Below, piece after piece: positions 22,176 to 32,384 of a stretch of 64,000 bases of DNA. The notes beneath the pieces were generated by a model, which worked only from the letters and a program-made list of their open reading frames with translations, did no database searches and was not told the origin of the DNA. A program made the position numbers and the translations under genes. Position 1 is the stretch's first letter. Each line of letters opens with the position of its first letter. This DNA is from an uncultured delta proteobacterium (lineage in GTDB: Bacteria; Desulfobacterota; Binatia; Binatales; Binataceae), in assembly GCA_963794325.1 (NCBI GenBank), contig CAWCDG010000004.1:480001-544000 (forward strand), written 5' to 3'.

Positions 22176-22907
22176 ATGGCTCTCAAGCTCACGATCGAAT
22201 ACGACGGCAGCAACTATTCCGGATGGCAGCTCCAGCCGCGTCACGACTCGATCCAGGGAAGGATCGAAACCGCGCTCGAGCGAATCTTTGCCGCGCCCGT
22301 TCGCGTGTTCGGTTCGGGCCGCACCGACGCCGGTGTGCATGCGCGCGGGCAGGTCGCGTCGATTTCGATTCCGCGCCCGTTCGACCCGGCCGAATTGCAG
22401 CGCGCTCTCAACTCGATTCTACCGCCCGACATCGTGATTCTCGACATCTCAGTCGCGCCGGACAACTTCGATCCACGGCGCTCGGCTCATTCGCGCGTCT
22501 ATGAATATCGTGTGCTGAATCGCACACTCCCGTCAGCGTTCGACTACCGCTACAGCTGGCTGGTCCGCGAGCATCTCGATCTCGACGCGATGATTTCCGC
22601 CGCGCACATCTTTGTCGGCGAGCACGACTTCGCCGCATTTCGCTCGCTCGGCACCGACGTGACGACCACGATACGCCGCGTGATTTCCAGCGAGTGGACG
22701 CGCGACGCCGACGTTCTTCTCTACCGCGTCGAGGCGAACAGTTTCCTGCGACACATGGTGCGCGCGATGGTCGCGGCGATGGTTGATGTGGGGCGCGGCA
22801 AGCTCACGGCCGATAAAGTCGCGACGATTCTCGACGGACTCGATCGCCATGCGGCTCCGGCCAACGCTCCACCTGGCGGTCTGTACCTCGTCGAAGTCCG
22901 CTACTGA
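22176..22907 (+). CDS. truA: tRNA pseudouridine(38-40) synthase
   Basis: IEYDGSNYSGWQ, GRTDAGVHARGQ, GEHDFAAF, FLRHMVR. Confidence 0.97.
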   Translation: MALKLTIEYDGSNYSGWQLQPRHDSIQGRIETALERIFAAPVRVFGSGRTDAGVHARGQVASISIPRPFDPAELQRALNSILPPDIVILDISVAPDNFDPRRSAHSRVYEYRVLNRTLPSAFDYRYSWLVREHLDLDAMISAAHIFVGEHDFAAFRSLGTDVTTTIRRVISSEWTRDADVLLYRVEANSFLRHMVRAMVAAMVDVGRGKLTADKVATILDGLDRHAAPANAPPGGLYLVEVRY

Positions 22908-23090
22908 CGGCGCAATTGCGCAGTTTGCTTGATTCAACCCTTGGGGCTCAATGCCGCCGCGAGGAGCCTGTGCAAAAACCATCACGATCCCTAGAAAAAA
23001 GAGTGGTTTTTCTGCCGCGCGCACTTGAATTTCGCTCGACACTCGTTCACCCTCACTGAAAGCCCGCAACCACGGATCGCAAGGAGGAGG

Positions 23091-23375
23091 ATGATGACGC
23101 AATCGCAGGTAGCAGCCTATATGGCTGAAAAGCTCGGACTCACCAAGAAGCAAGGGAAGCAGGTGCTCGAGGAAATCAACGGCTTGGTAGTCCGCGAGCT
23201 CAAGAAGGAAGGATCGCTGCGGCTGGCCGGCCTCGGGATCTTCCGCAAGCGCAAGACCAAGGCGCGGATGGGTCGCAATCCGGCGACTGGTCAGGAGATC
23301 AAGATTCCGGCACGCACCCGGCTTCGCTTCACCGCTGCCAAGGCGCTAAAGGACTCGGTTCTCGGCGCGAAATAA
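23091..23375 (+). CDS. HU-family DNA-binding protein
   Basis: AGGAGG RBS; GLGIF..RKTKARMGRNPATGQEIKIPA. Confidence 0.95.
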   Translation: MMTQSQVAAYMAEKLGLTKKQGKQVLEEINGLVVRELKKEGSLRLAGLGIFRKRKTKARMGRNPATGQEIKIPARTRLRFTAAKALKDSVLGAK

Positions 23376-23390
23376 TCTCTCAACTGAATT

Positions 23391-23438
23391 GTGAACCGCG
23401 GGAAACGGACATGATCCGGTTCTCGCGGTTCGCTTTTT
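23391..23438 (+). terminator. Intrinsic terminator between HU and convergent rarA
   Basis: GTGAACCGCGGGAA...TTCTCGCGGTTCGC stem followed by TTTTT. Confidence 0.75.
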
Positions 23439-23442
23439 CCTT

Positions 23443-24807
23443 TCAGTCTTTGCCGCCCGGTTTGCGCCGCGACGCGGGGTTGCGCGCCTCGCGCGCGCGG
23501 GCCAGGAACTCGCGAATCCGGATTTCGTAACCGCGCTCGGACGGTTCGTAATAGATCTTCTCGCCGAGTTCGTCCGGCAGGTAGCTTTGCGCGACCAGCG
23601 CGCCTTCGAAGTTGTGCGGGTATCTGTAGTCTTTGCCGTAGCCGAGTCCTTTCATCATGGGGGTCGGAGCGTTGCGCAAATGCAGCGGAACCGACAGTGC
23701 GCCAAGGGTTTTCGCATCCTCACTCGCGGCGCGCATCGCGAGGTACGACGCGTTGGACTTCGGCGCACTGGCCAGGTAAGTCACGCCCTGCGCCAGCGGG
23801 ATCACGCCTTCGGGCATCCCGACGAAGTCCACCGCCTCCTTCACTGCGACCGCGATTTGTAACGCGCGCGGATCGGCGTTGCCGACGTCTTCCGACGCGA
23901 AGATCACCATCCGCCGCGCAATGAACAGCGGATCCTCCCCCGCCTCGACCATCCGCATCATCCAGTAAACCGCGGCGTCGGGATCGCTGCCTCGCATGCT
24001 CTTGATGAACGCGGAGATGACGTTGTAGTGCTCGTCGCCGGCGCGATCGTAGAGGAGAGCCTTCTGCTGCGCCGACTCACGAATATGTTCAGGCGTGATC
24101 AGCGTCGCGCCCGCGTTCTGCGCGAACTCCGCTGCAATCTCCAGCGTGCCGAGCGCGCGCCTCGCATCGCCGCCCGCGTATCGAACGATCTCGTCGATCG
24201 CGCCGACGCCCAGCTTGAGTCCACTGTTGCCGAGCCCGCGCTCCTTGTCGGCCAGCGCGCGATGCACCAAAGTCGAGACGTTTTCCTCCGACAGCGGATG
24301 CAATACGAGCAGCCGCATGCGCGACAGCAATGCCGAGATCACCTCGAACGACGGGTTCTCGGTCGTCGCGCCGATCAGAGTGATCAGCCCGCTCTCGACG
24401 TGCGGCAAGAATGCGTCCTGCTGCGCGCGGTTCCATCGATGGATCTCGTCGATGAAAACTACGGTGGGCTTGCCCGCATCGAGATCGCGGCGCGCCGCCT
24501 CGACCGCCTCGCGCAGATCGGCGACGCCCGACGTCACCGCGGCAAGTTTGCGGAACACCGCGCCCGACTGCTCCGCGAGAACGATCGCAAGCGTCGTCTT
24601 GCCAGTTCCCGGCGGGCCCCACAGGATCATCGAGTGCAACACGTGCGCCGCGACCATCTGGCTGAGGAACTTCCCCGGCCCAAGCAGATGCTCCTGGCCC
24701 ACAATTTCGTCGAGCGTGCGCGGACGCATCCGATCCGCCAGCGGCTGGCTGAGCGGCGTGCGCGGGGGAAACAGACTCTGCGACGAATCGGCCTTGCGCC
24801 GTGCCAT
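23443..24807 (-). CDS. rarA: Replication-associated recombination protein A (MgsA/RarA)
   Basis: PLADRMRP, WGPPGTGKTT, DEIHR, GATTENPSF, HYNVISAFIKSMRGSDPDAA. Confidence 0.97.
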   Translation of the reverse strand: MARRKADSSQSLFPPRTPLSQPLADRMRPRTLDEIVGQEHLLGPGKFLSQMVAAHVLHSMILWGPPGTGKTTLAIVLAEQSGAVFRKLAAVTSGVADLREAVEAARRDLDAGKPTVVFIDEIHRWNRAQQDAFLPHVESGLITLIGATTENPSFEVISALLSRMRLLVLHPLSEENVSTLVHRALADKERGLGNSGLKLGVGAIDEIVRYAGGDARRALGTLEIAAEFAQNAGATLITPEHIRESAQQKALLYDRAGDEHYNVISAFIKSMRGSDPDAAVYWMMRMVEAGEDPLFIARRMVIFASEDVGNADPRALQIAVAVKEAVDFVGMPEGVIPLAQGVTYLASAPKSNASYLAMRAASEDAKTLGALSVPLHLRNAPTPMMKGLGYGKDYRYPHNFEGALVAQSYLPDELGEKIYYEPSERGYEIRIREFLARAREARNPASRRKPGGKD

Positions 24808-24931
24808 TTTCAGAAAGTATCACAGTGACCGAGTCCGGCTAAGGCGCTCCCACCCGATTACGCTGTCGTTGCGCAGGTGGCTGCGGCTGATCTAGCTTCA
24901 TGGACGGGCTGGACGGGAGCCGGCACCACTT

Positions 24932-25751
24932 ATGATCGTTGGCATCGATATCGGCGGTTCGACCACCGACGCCGTCATCCTCGAAAATGGCGGGTCTGCA
25001 CGTCGTGACGATCGAGGCCAATGACCCGGTCGCAGCGGCGGCGGGTGCGCTCGGCAAACTCGTTTCGGATTTCGGCATCAAACTCGAAGACGTTGAATGT
25101 GTAGCTGCCACTGGCGCGGGCTCGCGCGTTCTCAGCAAGTCGCTGCTCGGCAGGACGGTAGTTAAGGTCAACGAGTTCACCGCGATCGGAATCGGCGGCA
25201 CATCGCTGGCCGGTTTGGAAAGTGCGCTGGTCGTGTCGCTCGGCACCGGCACCGCGATCGTGTCGGCCACGCGCGACAAGATCACGCACTTCAGCGGCAC
25301 TGGAGTCGGAGGAGGCACGCTGCTCGGACTCGCCAAGCACATGCTCGGCGTCTCGACGATTGAACGGCTCGAAAAGCTCGCGCGCAAAGGCGATCTGCGG
25401 CGTATCGACCTCAGCGTTCGCGACATCGCGGGCGGCTCGATCGGCGACCTGCCACCGAACACCACGGCTGCGAACTTCGGCAAGATAACCGCCGACGCGA
25501 CGCCTGAGGATAAAGCGCTCGCGATCATGAACATGATCACGGAATCGATCGGAGTGCTCGCACTCGCGAGCGCGCGCGCGTGCGGACAGGAAAACATCGT
25601 GCTGACCGGCAAGCTGTCGCGGCTGTTCCGATTCATGCAGGAAATGAAGCGTCTCAGTTTTCCATTCGGCCGCCGCTTCCTGATTCCCGAGCACGCCGAT
25701 TTCGCTACCGCGATCGGCGCCGCGCGCCACGCGCAGAAACCTAGCCCCTAA
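24932..25751 (+). CDS. Type II (Fumble/CoaW-like) pantothenate kinase; +1 frameshift in the G run at 24992-24994
   Basis: MIVGIDIGGSTT from ATG 24932, continuing in another frame to VSLGTGT, GTGVGGGTLLGL, KGD..IDL.V.DI, AANFGK. Confidence 0.85.
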
Positions 25752-25827
25752 CCCCTTTTTTCGGTCCTCGCGGGAAAGGGAACCGGATTATTGGGAGTAG
25801 CCTCTTCCCGAGCGGGAAGGGGAACAA
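25738..25827 (-). repeat. Dispersed repeat family A, degenerate double copy
   Basis: AACCTAGCCCCTAACCCCTT...GGGAAAGGGAAC plus CCTCTTCCCGAGCGGGAAGGGGAACAA; contains the kinase stop codon. Confidence 0.7.
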
Positions 25828-25933
25828 GATGGAGAGGGGCCGCCTCGCGCAGTTACATCTTCGCCGCGGTACGATATAAAGTTCCGAGGTTCACTCTTTC
25901 ACCAGCGCGTCGATTCGCGAGGACTATTCACCG

Positions 25934-27193
25934 ATGCCATCAGAGTTGCTGAAAGGATTGCGCCTGCTCGATTTGACCGACGAGAAAGGCGCGTTGTGCG
26001 GCAAGATGTTCGCCGATCTCGGCGCCGAAGTTATCAAGGTCGAACCAATCGGCGGATGCTCGACGCGGCGCATCCCGCCGTATCTTGAAGATAAAGCCGA
26101 CGCCGACCACTGCCTTTATTCGATCGCGTATCACGCCGGCAAGAAATCTGTGACGGCGAATCTCGCGACTGACGAGGGACGCATGCTGGTCGCGGAGCTT
26201 GCCGCGAAGTCGGATTTTCTGGTCGAAGCGCATCGACTCGGCTATCTCGATTCGATCGGCCTCGGCTACGACGCGCTCGCGAAGAAAAATCCGCGGCTCA
26301 TCTATGCGTCGATCACCCCGTTCGGCGATACCGGTCCCGGCAAGGATTACAACTGGGCCGACATCATCACGTGGGCGGCCGGCGGCATGATGTACCTGAT
26401 GGGCGAGGAGGGCAAGCCGCCGCTGCAGATGAGCCTGCCGCAAGCGGGATTGCATGCGGGCGGCGAGGCGGCGGTCGCGATGATGCTCGCGCACTACCCG
26501 CGCCAGATCGACGGGCTCGGCCAACGCATCGTAGTCAACATGCAGGCGTGTATCGTGTGGACGCTGATGAACGAGCAGGCGATGCCGTTCCTGCACGGCA
26601 ACCATCTCTCACGCACGGGGATTTTCGTCGGCTCGGTCGATGCGCGGCGCAAGATGGTGTACGAGTGCAAGGACGGTCACATCTCGATTCTGATCGCGGG
26701 CGGCACGACGTTCGGTAATTCGACCAAGGCGCTGATCGAGTGGATGCGCGAGGAGGGATTTGGATCCGAGTGGATGCGCACGAAGGATTGGGTGTCGTGG
26801 ATTCCCGGCGTCTTCATGAAGATGACCGAGCAGGACCACCAGGAGATCGACGACCTCGAGACGACGATCCAGCGCTTTCTGATGACAATGACCAAACACG
26901 AAATCTACGCGCAGGGACTGAAGCGGCGCATCTTTCTCGCGCCGGTCGCGAACGTCGCCGACGTCGCCTCGGATGAACAGCTCAAAGCGCGCGACTTCTG
27001 GACCGCAGTTCCGCACGACACCATCGGCCGCACGCTAACCTTTCCGGGACCGTTCGCGAAGATGTCCGCGACGCCGATCGGATCGACCACGCGCGCGCCG
27101 CGAATCGGCGAGCACACCGATGAGATTTACCGTGGTCTGCTGGGCCTCACGCCCGAACGATTAAACAAGCTGCGAGCCGCCGGCGCGATTTAA
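25934..27193 (+). CDS. Class III CoA-transferase (CaiB/BaiF), subunit 1
   Basis: ADLGAEVIKVEP, GKKSVT.NL, LIYASITPFGDTGP, APRIGEHT. Confidence 0.92.
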   Translation: MPSELLKGLRLLDLTDEKGALCGKMFADLGAEVIKVEPIGGCSTRRIPPYLEDKADADHCLYSIAYHAGKKSVTANLATDEGRMLVAELAAKSDFLVEAHRLGYLDSIGLGYDALAKKNPRLIYASITPFGDTGPGKDYNWADIITWAAGGMMYLMGEEGKPPLQMSLPQAGLHAGGEAAVAMMLAHYPRQIDGLGQRIVVNMQACIVWTLMNEQAMPFLHGNHLSRTGIFVGSVDARRKMVYECKDGHISILIAGGTTFGNSTKALIEWMREEGFGSEWMRTKDWVSWIPGVFMKMTEQDHQEIDDLETTIQRFLMTMTKHEIYAQGLKRRIFLAPVANVADVASDEQLKARDFWTAVPHDTIGRTLTFPGPFAKMSATPIGSTTRAPRIGEHTDEIYRGLLGLTPERLNKLRAAGAI

Positions 27194-27209
27194 CTGGGAG
27201 AAATTCGAG

Positions 27210-28424
27210 ATGAGCCGTTTCGCACTTGAAGGAGTTCACATTCTCGACTTCGCCTGGGTCGGCGTCGGTCCAATCACGACCAAGTATTTCGCCGATAACG
27301 GCGCCGAGGTGATTCGCGTCGAATCCGCCGCGCGTCCCGATGTGCTGCGAATCGGGCCGCCGTGGAAAGACGCGATGCCGGGCATCAATCGGAGCCAGTT
27401 CTTCGCGAGCTACAACACCTCGAAGAAGGGAATCACGCTCGACTTGAGCAAGCCCAAAGCTCGCGACATCGCGAAGCGCTTGGTGCCGTGGGCGGATATC
27501 ATCGTCGAGAGTTTCACCCCGAAGGCGATGCGCAACTGGGGACTCGATTACGAAAACCTGCGCCAGCTGCGTCCCGACCTCATCATGCTCTCGACCTGCA
27601 TGCAGGGTCAGACCGGACCCAATGCGCTGTATCCCGGCTTCGGCCAGCTGATGGCCGCGCTGTCGGGCTTTTACTACATCTCGGGCTACGGCCCCGGCTC
27701 ATGTACGCCGCCATACGGCGCGTATACGGATTTCATCGCGCCGCGCTTTTCCGCGTTCGCGCTGCTTGCTGCGCTGGACTATCGGCGCCGCACCGGCAAG
27801 GGCCAGTACATCGACATGTCGCAGTACGAGGCCGCGATGCAAAATCTCGCGCCCGCGCTGATCGACTACCACGCGACCGGCCGGGTGCTCGAGCCGCGCG
27901 GCAACGCGTCCGAGCGTTACGCTCCGCACGGAGCTTACCGATGCGCCGACGAGGACGGCAATGAACGATGGATCGCGATCGCAGTCGCGAGTGACGAGCA
28001 GTGGCGCGCGATGCTCACTGTACTGGCCGGTTCAGCAGAACCGCGATTCGCGACAGCGTTTGCGCGCGTTGAGAACGGGGCGGCGATCGACCAGGTCGTC
28101 GGATCGCTAACACGCGCTCACAATGCGCACGAGCTGACCGCAAAGTTGCAGGCCGCCGGCGTCGCCGCGTATCCGGTCGAGAATTGCGTCGATATTCACC
28201 AGGACGACAACCTCGAGGCGTTCGGCTTCTGGCATTGGCTCGAGCACAAGGAGATGGGCCCATCGCCGTACGAAGGACTCGAGCATCGCATGAGCCGCAC
28301 GCCCGGCACGCTGCGCAGTGCCGCGCCGATTCTCGGACAGGACAACGATGAAGTCTTCCGCGGGATGCTCAAACTTGGCGACGACGAGATCGAGCAGTTA
28401 AAGAAAGAGAACGTGATATTCTGA
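27210..28424 (+). CDS. Class III CoA-transferase (CaiB/BaiF), subunit 2
   Basis: GAEVIRVES, KKGITLDL, AYTD catalytic Asp, GKGQYIDMS, APILGQDN. Confidence 0.93.
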   Translation: MSRFALEGVHILDFAWVGVGPITTKYFADNGAEVIRVESAARPDVLRIGPPWKDAMPGINRSQFFASYNTSKKGITLDLSKPKARDIAKRLVPWADIIVESFTPKAMRNWGLDYENLRQLRPDLIMLSTCMQGQTGPNALYPGFGQLMAALSGFYYISGYGPGSCTPPYGAYTDFIAPRFSAFALLAALDYRRRTGKGQYIDMSQYEAAMQNLAPALIDYHATGRVLEPRGNASERYAPHGAYRCADEDGNERWIAIAVASDEQWRAMLTVLAGSAEPRFATAFARVENGAAIDQVVGSLTRAHNAHELTAKLQAAGVAAYPVENCVDIHQDDNLEAFGFWHWLEHKEMGPSPYEGLEHRMSRTPGTLRSAAPILGQDNDEVFRGMLKLGDDEIEQLKKENVIF

Positions 28425-28443
28425 GTTCTGCTCGCTCCTCATC

Positions 28444-29694
28444 GTGAGATACGAACTCAAAATTGCGCTCCGCTATCTGCGCGCGCGCCGCAAAGACGCC
28501 TTCATCTCGATCACGACGATCTTCACCGCAGTCGGGGTGATGATCGGCGTCGCCGCGCTCACCATGACGCTCTCGGTGATGGGCGGTTTCGAGCAGAGCA
28601 TCAAAGAACGCGTGCTCAACCTCAGCCCGCAAGTGCAGATACTCAATTCGCAAGGATCGATCGACAACTACACCGACATCGAGAAGAAGGTCGCGACGGT
28701 GCCCGGGGTCAACGGCGCGGAGTCGTACATCATCGGGCAAGCGATGCTCAGTTCGGGGCGCGGAATCGGCGGCGTCGTGGTGCGCGGCGTCGAGCCGGGC
28801 AATCCTGTCGTGCGCAAACAATGGGGACGCTACATGACGACCGGCGGCCTCGGCGATCTGTCGCGAAGTTACACGATTCCAGCGGGCCCCGCGGGCCCGG
28901 CGGTTACGACCGGCGGCCTCGCAATCGGAGTGAGCCTGGCGAAGAAGCTCAAAGCCAAAGTCGGTGACCCGGTCAGGATGGTCGCGCCGATCATTTCGCC
29001 CGATGGATCGCTTTCGACCAAGAGCGCCCAGTTCGTGATTGGCGCGATCTTCGATTCGGGGATGAATTTCATCGATACCAACATGGTCTTCATGAATCTT
29101 CCGAACGCGCAGGACTTCTTCGGCCGCACCGGCAAAGCCGACGGCGTCGATATTCATCTCATCAACCTCGACCAGACCGACGCCGTTACTGACGCGATGC
29201 GCAAGCTGTTTCCAGACCCATATCGAGTCCGCAACTGGATCGAGTTCAACGAATCCGCGGCCGCGGGATTCGCACTTCTCAAACGCGTCTATGCGCTGGT
29301 GCTGGTGATGCTGATTGGCGTCGCCGCGTTCAACCTCGTCGCGACTTTAATCATGGTCGTGATGGAGAAGCGCAAGGACATCGCGGTGCTGATCGCGATG
29401 GGTGCGACGCGACGCGACGTGCGCCTGATTTTCGTGTTGAAGGGACTGATCGTCGGCGCAGCTGGAACCGTTGCCGGCCTGATACTCGGCGCAACCGGAT
29501 GCTTCGCGCTGGCGCGTTACCAGTTCATTCACATTCCGCGCGAAATCTACGGCATCTCGAACCTGCCGATCGATATACAACCGTCGAACTTCGCGGCAGT
29601 CGCGCTAGCCTCGATGCTTCTCTGCCTGCTCGCGACCGTGTATCCGGCGCGGCAAGCATCGCGAGAGATGCCGGTCGAAGTCTTCCGCTCCTAG
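28444..29694 (+). CDS. Lipoprotein-releasing ABC transporter permease (LolC/LolE-like)
   Basis: IALRYLRAR, GVAAL..TLSVMGGF, VAAFNL..TLIMVVMEKRKDIA, YPARQAS. Confidence 0.92.
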   Translation: MRYELKIALRYLRARRKDAFISITTIFTAVGVMIGVAALTMTLSVMGGFEQSIKERVLNLSPQVQILNSQGSIDNYTDIEKKVATVPGVNGAESYIIGQAMLSSGRGIGGVVVRGVEPGNPVVRKQWGRYMTTGGLGDLSRSYTIPAGPAGPAVTTGGLAIGVSLAKKLKAKVGDPVRMVAPIISPDGSLSTKSAQFVIGAIFDSGMNFIDTNMVFMNLPNAQDFFGRTGKADGVDIHLINLDQTDAVTDAMRKLFPDPYRVRNWIEFNESAAAGFALLKRVYALVLVMLIGVAAFNLVATLIMVVMEKRKDIAVLIAMGATRRDVRLIFVLKGLIVGAAGTVAGLILGATGCFALARYQFIHIPREIYGISNLPIDIQPSNFAAVALASMLLCLLATVYPARQASREMPVEVFRS

Positions 29695-29736
29695 CTCTTC
29701 CGCACCACACCACCCCACATCCGCGGACCGAGAAAT

Positions 29737-30024
29737 TTAATGATTATTTGGTGTGCGATTTGTATTGGTGGGGGGCTTGCTGACGAGCTTTGGTTTGCGA
29801 ACGACCAGAGTCTCATGACCGCGAACCTTGATCGTGCGGGCCGGGTCTGACGAAAAGGACTGGCTCGGTGCGTCAGAATTCCGGGGCCGCGACGAGGTGC
29901 GCTGGCGCCGCCAATTGTTGAGCTCCTTCGACAATTTCGAGGCCAGCGAATCATTGTCCTGGCCGTTCCCGTTCGATTCTCCGCTTTCTTTGTTGAGGTC
30001 GCCCTCATACTCCGCGGAACTCAT
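29737..30024 (-). CDS. Hypothetical small hydrophilic protein
   Basis: 95-aa ORF with purine-rich RBS and its own AT-rich upstream region; no recognisable family. Confidence 0.5.
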   Translation of the reverse strand: MSSAEYEGDLNKESGESNGNGQDNDSLASKLSKELNNWRRQRTSSRPRNSDAPSQSFSSDPARTIKVRGHETLVVRKPKLVSKPPTNTNRTPNNH

Positions 30025-30263
30025 TTGCGTTCTCTCTTCCTGTGACGTGGATTTGTCCTCCTTATCCTTAGGACTGTTTTGGAAACAGATTTTCAGTTCT
30101 CAAACTTTATGTACTAACAGTAGTGGCGCTCGCGCTCGCGGCAGCCTGGAATCGTTAAATCAGTGGATGGGATTGTGTATCGACTGCGTACCGAATCTGA
30201 ATTTTATCGGCGCGTTTCGGCTTGGGATGATTATGTATGTGGGATTCTTTCAGGCGGATTTTC

Positions 30264-30296
30264 CGCCGGCCGGGCTTTTGAGGGCTCCGGCCGGCG
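30264..30296 (-). terminator. Hairpin downstream of the SCP2 gene
   Basis: CGCCGGCCGG/CCGGCCGGCG 10-bp stem; weak U tract. Confidence 0.45.
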
Positions 30297-30326
30297 TTCA
30301 AGTCATTGTTGAGTTAGATTCACAGT

Positions 30327-30659
30327 TTAGGCAAACAGGCTCTGCATGCGAAGCGCGAGGCCCATGTCACCGGCGATTCGCAGTTTGCCGCTCATGAACG
30401 CAACCTGCCCGTTCAGCTTGCCGGTCGTCATATCGACGTAGTCCTGCGCGGTCATCGAGATCGTGATGCTCGGCGAAGCGGCCGGTCCTTCGTTGACGGT
30501 GCAGGTTTCGTTGTTGATGACGACGTTCCACTTTCCGCCGTTGTCGCCCGAGAGGTCGAACTGGTAAGTGGCGGTCAAACCCTTCGCCGCGTCTTTGTTG
30601 AAGCGACTGGGCATCGCCGCGAAGATTTCTTTTGGTGTCGTAGGTGCTGCGTCAGCCAT
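30327..30659 (-). CDS. SCP2 sterol/lipid-binding domain protein
   Basis: TYQFDLSG..GG.W, GKLNGQVAFMSGKLRIAGDMGLA. Confidence 0.92.
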   Translation of the reverse strand: MADAAPTTPKEIFAAMPSRFNKDAAKGLTATYQFDLSGDNGGKWNVVINNETCTVNEGPAASPSITISMTAQDYVDMTTGKLNGQVAFMSGKLRIAGDMGLALRMQSLFA

Positions 30660-30794
30660 GGAAAATTGAGTCCTCCTGATGGGAGCGGCGTATCCCGCGC
30701 TCTTCCCGCCATATAAGCGTTCGGCTCGAACCGTGTCAATAGTTACCGGGCGTGCCGGGCTTATCCCTCCAGGTACTTATACCTTATCATAGAA

Positions 30795-32322
30795 TCAAAA
30801 TCCGAACATATTTCCGGGAACGACTCTTATCAGGTTGCCCGCCACGTGCACCGGCGACGCGCTCTCGGTGATCGTCACCGCTTGCTGCTTTTGCGCGTCG
30901 CTCTTGACCGTCCCATCAAGGTACGCGTCGTGGCCGATCACCTTGACGGTCACCGTGTTCAGTCCGGCGGCATAAAGCTGCGAGGCGATCGCGGCCTGAC
31001 GCGCTGCCCAGTCGGCGGTGTCGGTCTGCAGCGAATCGATTACGTTGCCGACCCCGGGCACCTGGCGCACGAGTTTTTCCGCGTACAGCTTCGCGTCGTT
31101 ATCGAATACCTTACCGAAAATCGTCACGGTGTTGCCGTTGGTATAGCAGTTCACACGCCGGGTTCGCTTGTTCGATGACAATACCTGGAGGACCTGCTGC
31201 TGCAAGGTCAGCGGCGGCGGCTTGGGCGCGCTCGCTACGTGATGACGTCGGGGGCGCGGCGGTGGTGCGGGCGCCGGCGCAGGCGCGACGGCCTCCGCGG
31301 GCGGCGGATTCACGACCGGCGCCGGGGTCGGTGCGCTCACCGCTTCCGACGCGGCCGGCGACTGGGCCGGAGGCGCGCTGGCGTATTCGGGCGATTCGGT
31401 CGGGCTGAGATTGGTCAGCTTCGTGTTCAGTTGCGATTCGAGCGCGTCCTTGGTTGCCGGATCGTTGGTGAAAATAATCGGGTAATCGATCTCAACTTCG
31501 CTGCCGCTGAACGGCGGGTAAGTCCACGACGAAACGTCCTTCACAACTTCCGCGTCGAAGGCAGGATTCGGATTGGTCGATGTCCTTACCGACGCCGCGT
31601 CCACGTTGCCGCTGGGCAACACCCTGACTCGCACCACCATCGCATTGCGCAGCGTGCTGTCACCGGCGAGCGCGTGCGAATAGCTGTCCGTCAGCGGGTC
31701 CTTGTGATCTTCGAAAAATTTGCGCGACCGTATCCCGCTCGCGCTCAGGCGCCGAGGCCGATTCTCCGGTCACTTGCACCGGCATCGCGTTGGCCAGCGC
31801 CACCAGCGGCCCAGTCGGCACAGCCGCTGCCACCGACGCGGCCGCCGACGGCGACGCATTCGCCACCGGCGCTTCCGCGCGCCTGGAGCTTAGATGAAGC
31901 GCGAGCCATGCGCCGCCTCCCAGCGCGACGATCGCCGCGATAAGGTAGCCCAGGACGCCGAACATCCCGGGGCCTTCTTTTTCCTCGCCGTCGCCTTGCG
32001 GCATCTTGCCCGTGATTCGCGCCGAGGGCGACGAGTCGCGTCGCGCAGTCCCGGGCCGCAGCGGGGTCGAGCGCGGAGGTGGCGACACTGGCGGCGTGTA
32101 CGCTTCGCCGGGCTCAACCCCCAGTCGCGCGCCGCAGAAGTTGCAGATCAATTCGCCCGGCTGCGCCTTGCCACCGCACACCGGACATTCGATTTGCGGG
32201 CCTTCGGTGCTGTTCGCGCCTTCAGTAAAAGCGGGCCCCGCCTGCACCAGCGCGCTGCCGTCGGCGTCGCAAAAGGTCTCGGAGTCGGGGTAGGTCTTAT
32301 CGCAGCGGGGGCACCTTTTCAT
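30795..32322 (-). CDS. Zn-ribbon + TM + TonB-C-like + Pro linker + two BON domain protein; +1 frameshift near 31724
   Basis: CPRC..C and CPVC..CNFC, TM helix, VVRVRVLPSGNV..WTYPP..IDYPIIF, TVTIFGKV..VPGVGNVIDSL, AYLDGTVKS. Confidence 0.72.
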
Positions 32323-32384
32323 GTTGGTAAGAAGTCCTCTGGCGCAAGTTTCGATGAAATCGACGCGAATTGCGACAGGCTCAA

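Noticed and set aside
24901-24920. GGACGGGC/GGACGGGAGC duplet resembling the repeats at 6271-6300
   Set aside because: The match is too short for GC-rich DNA and has no GTAG or hairpin.
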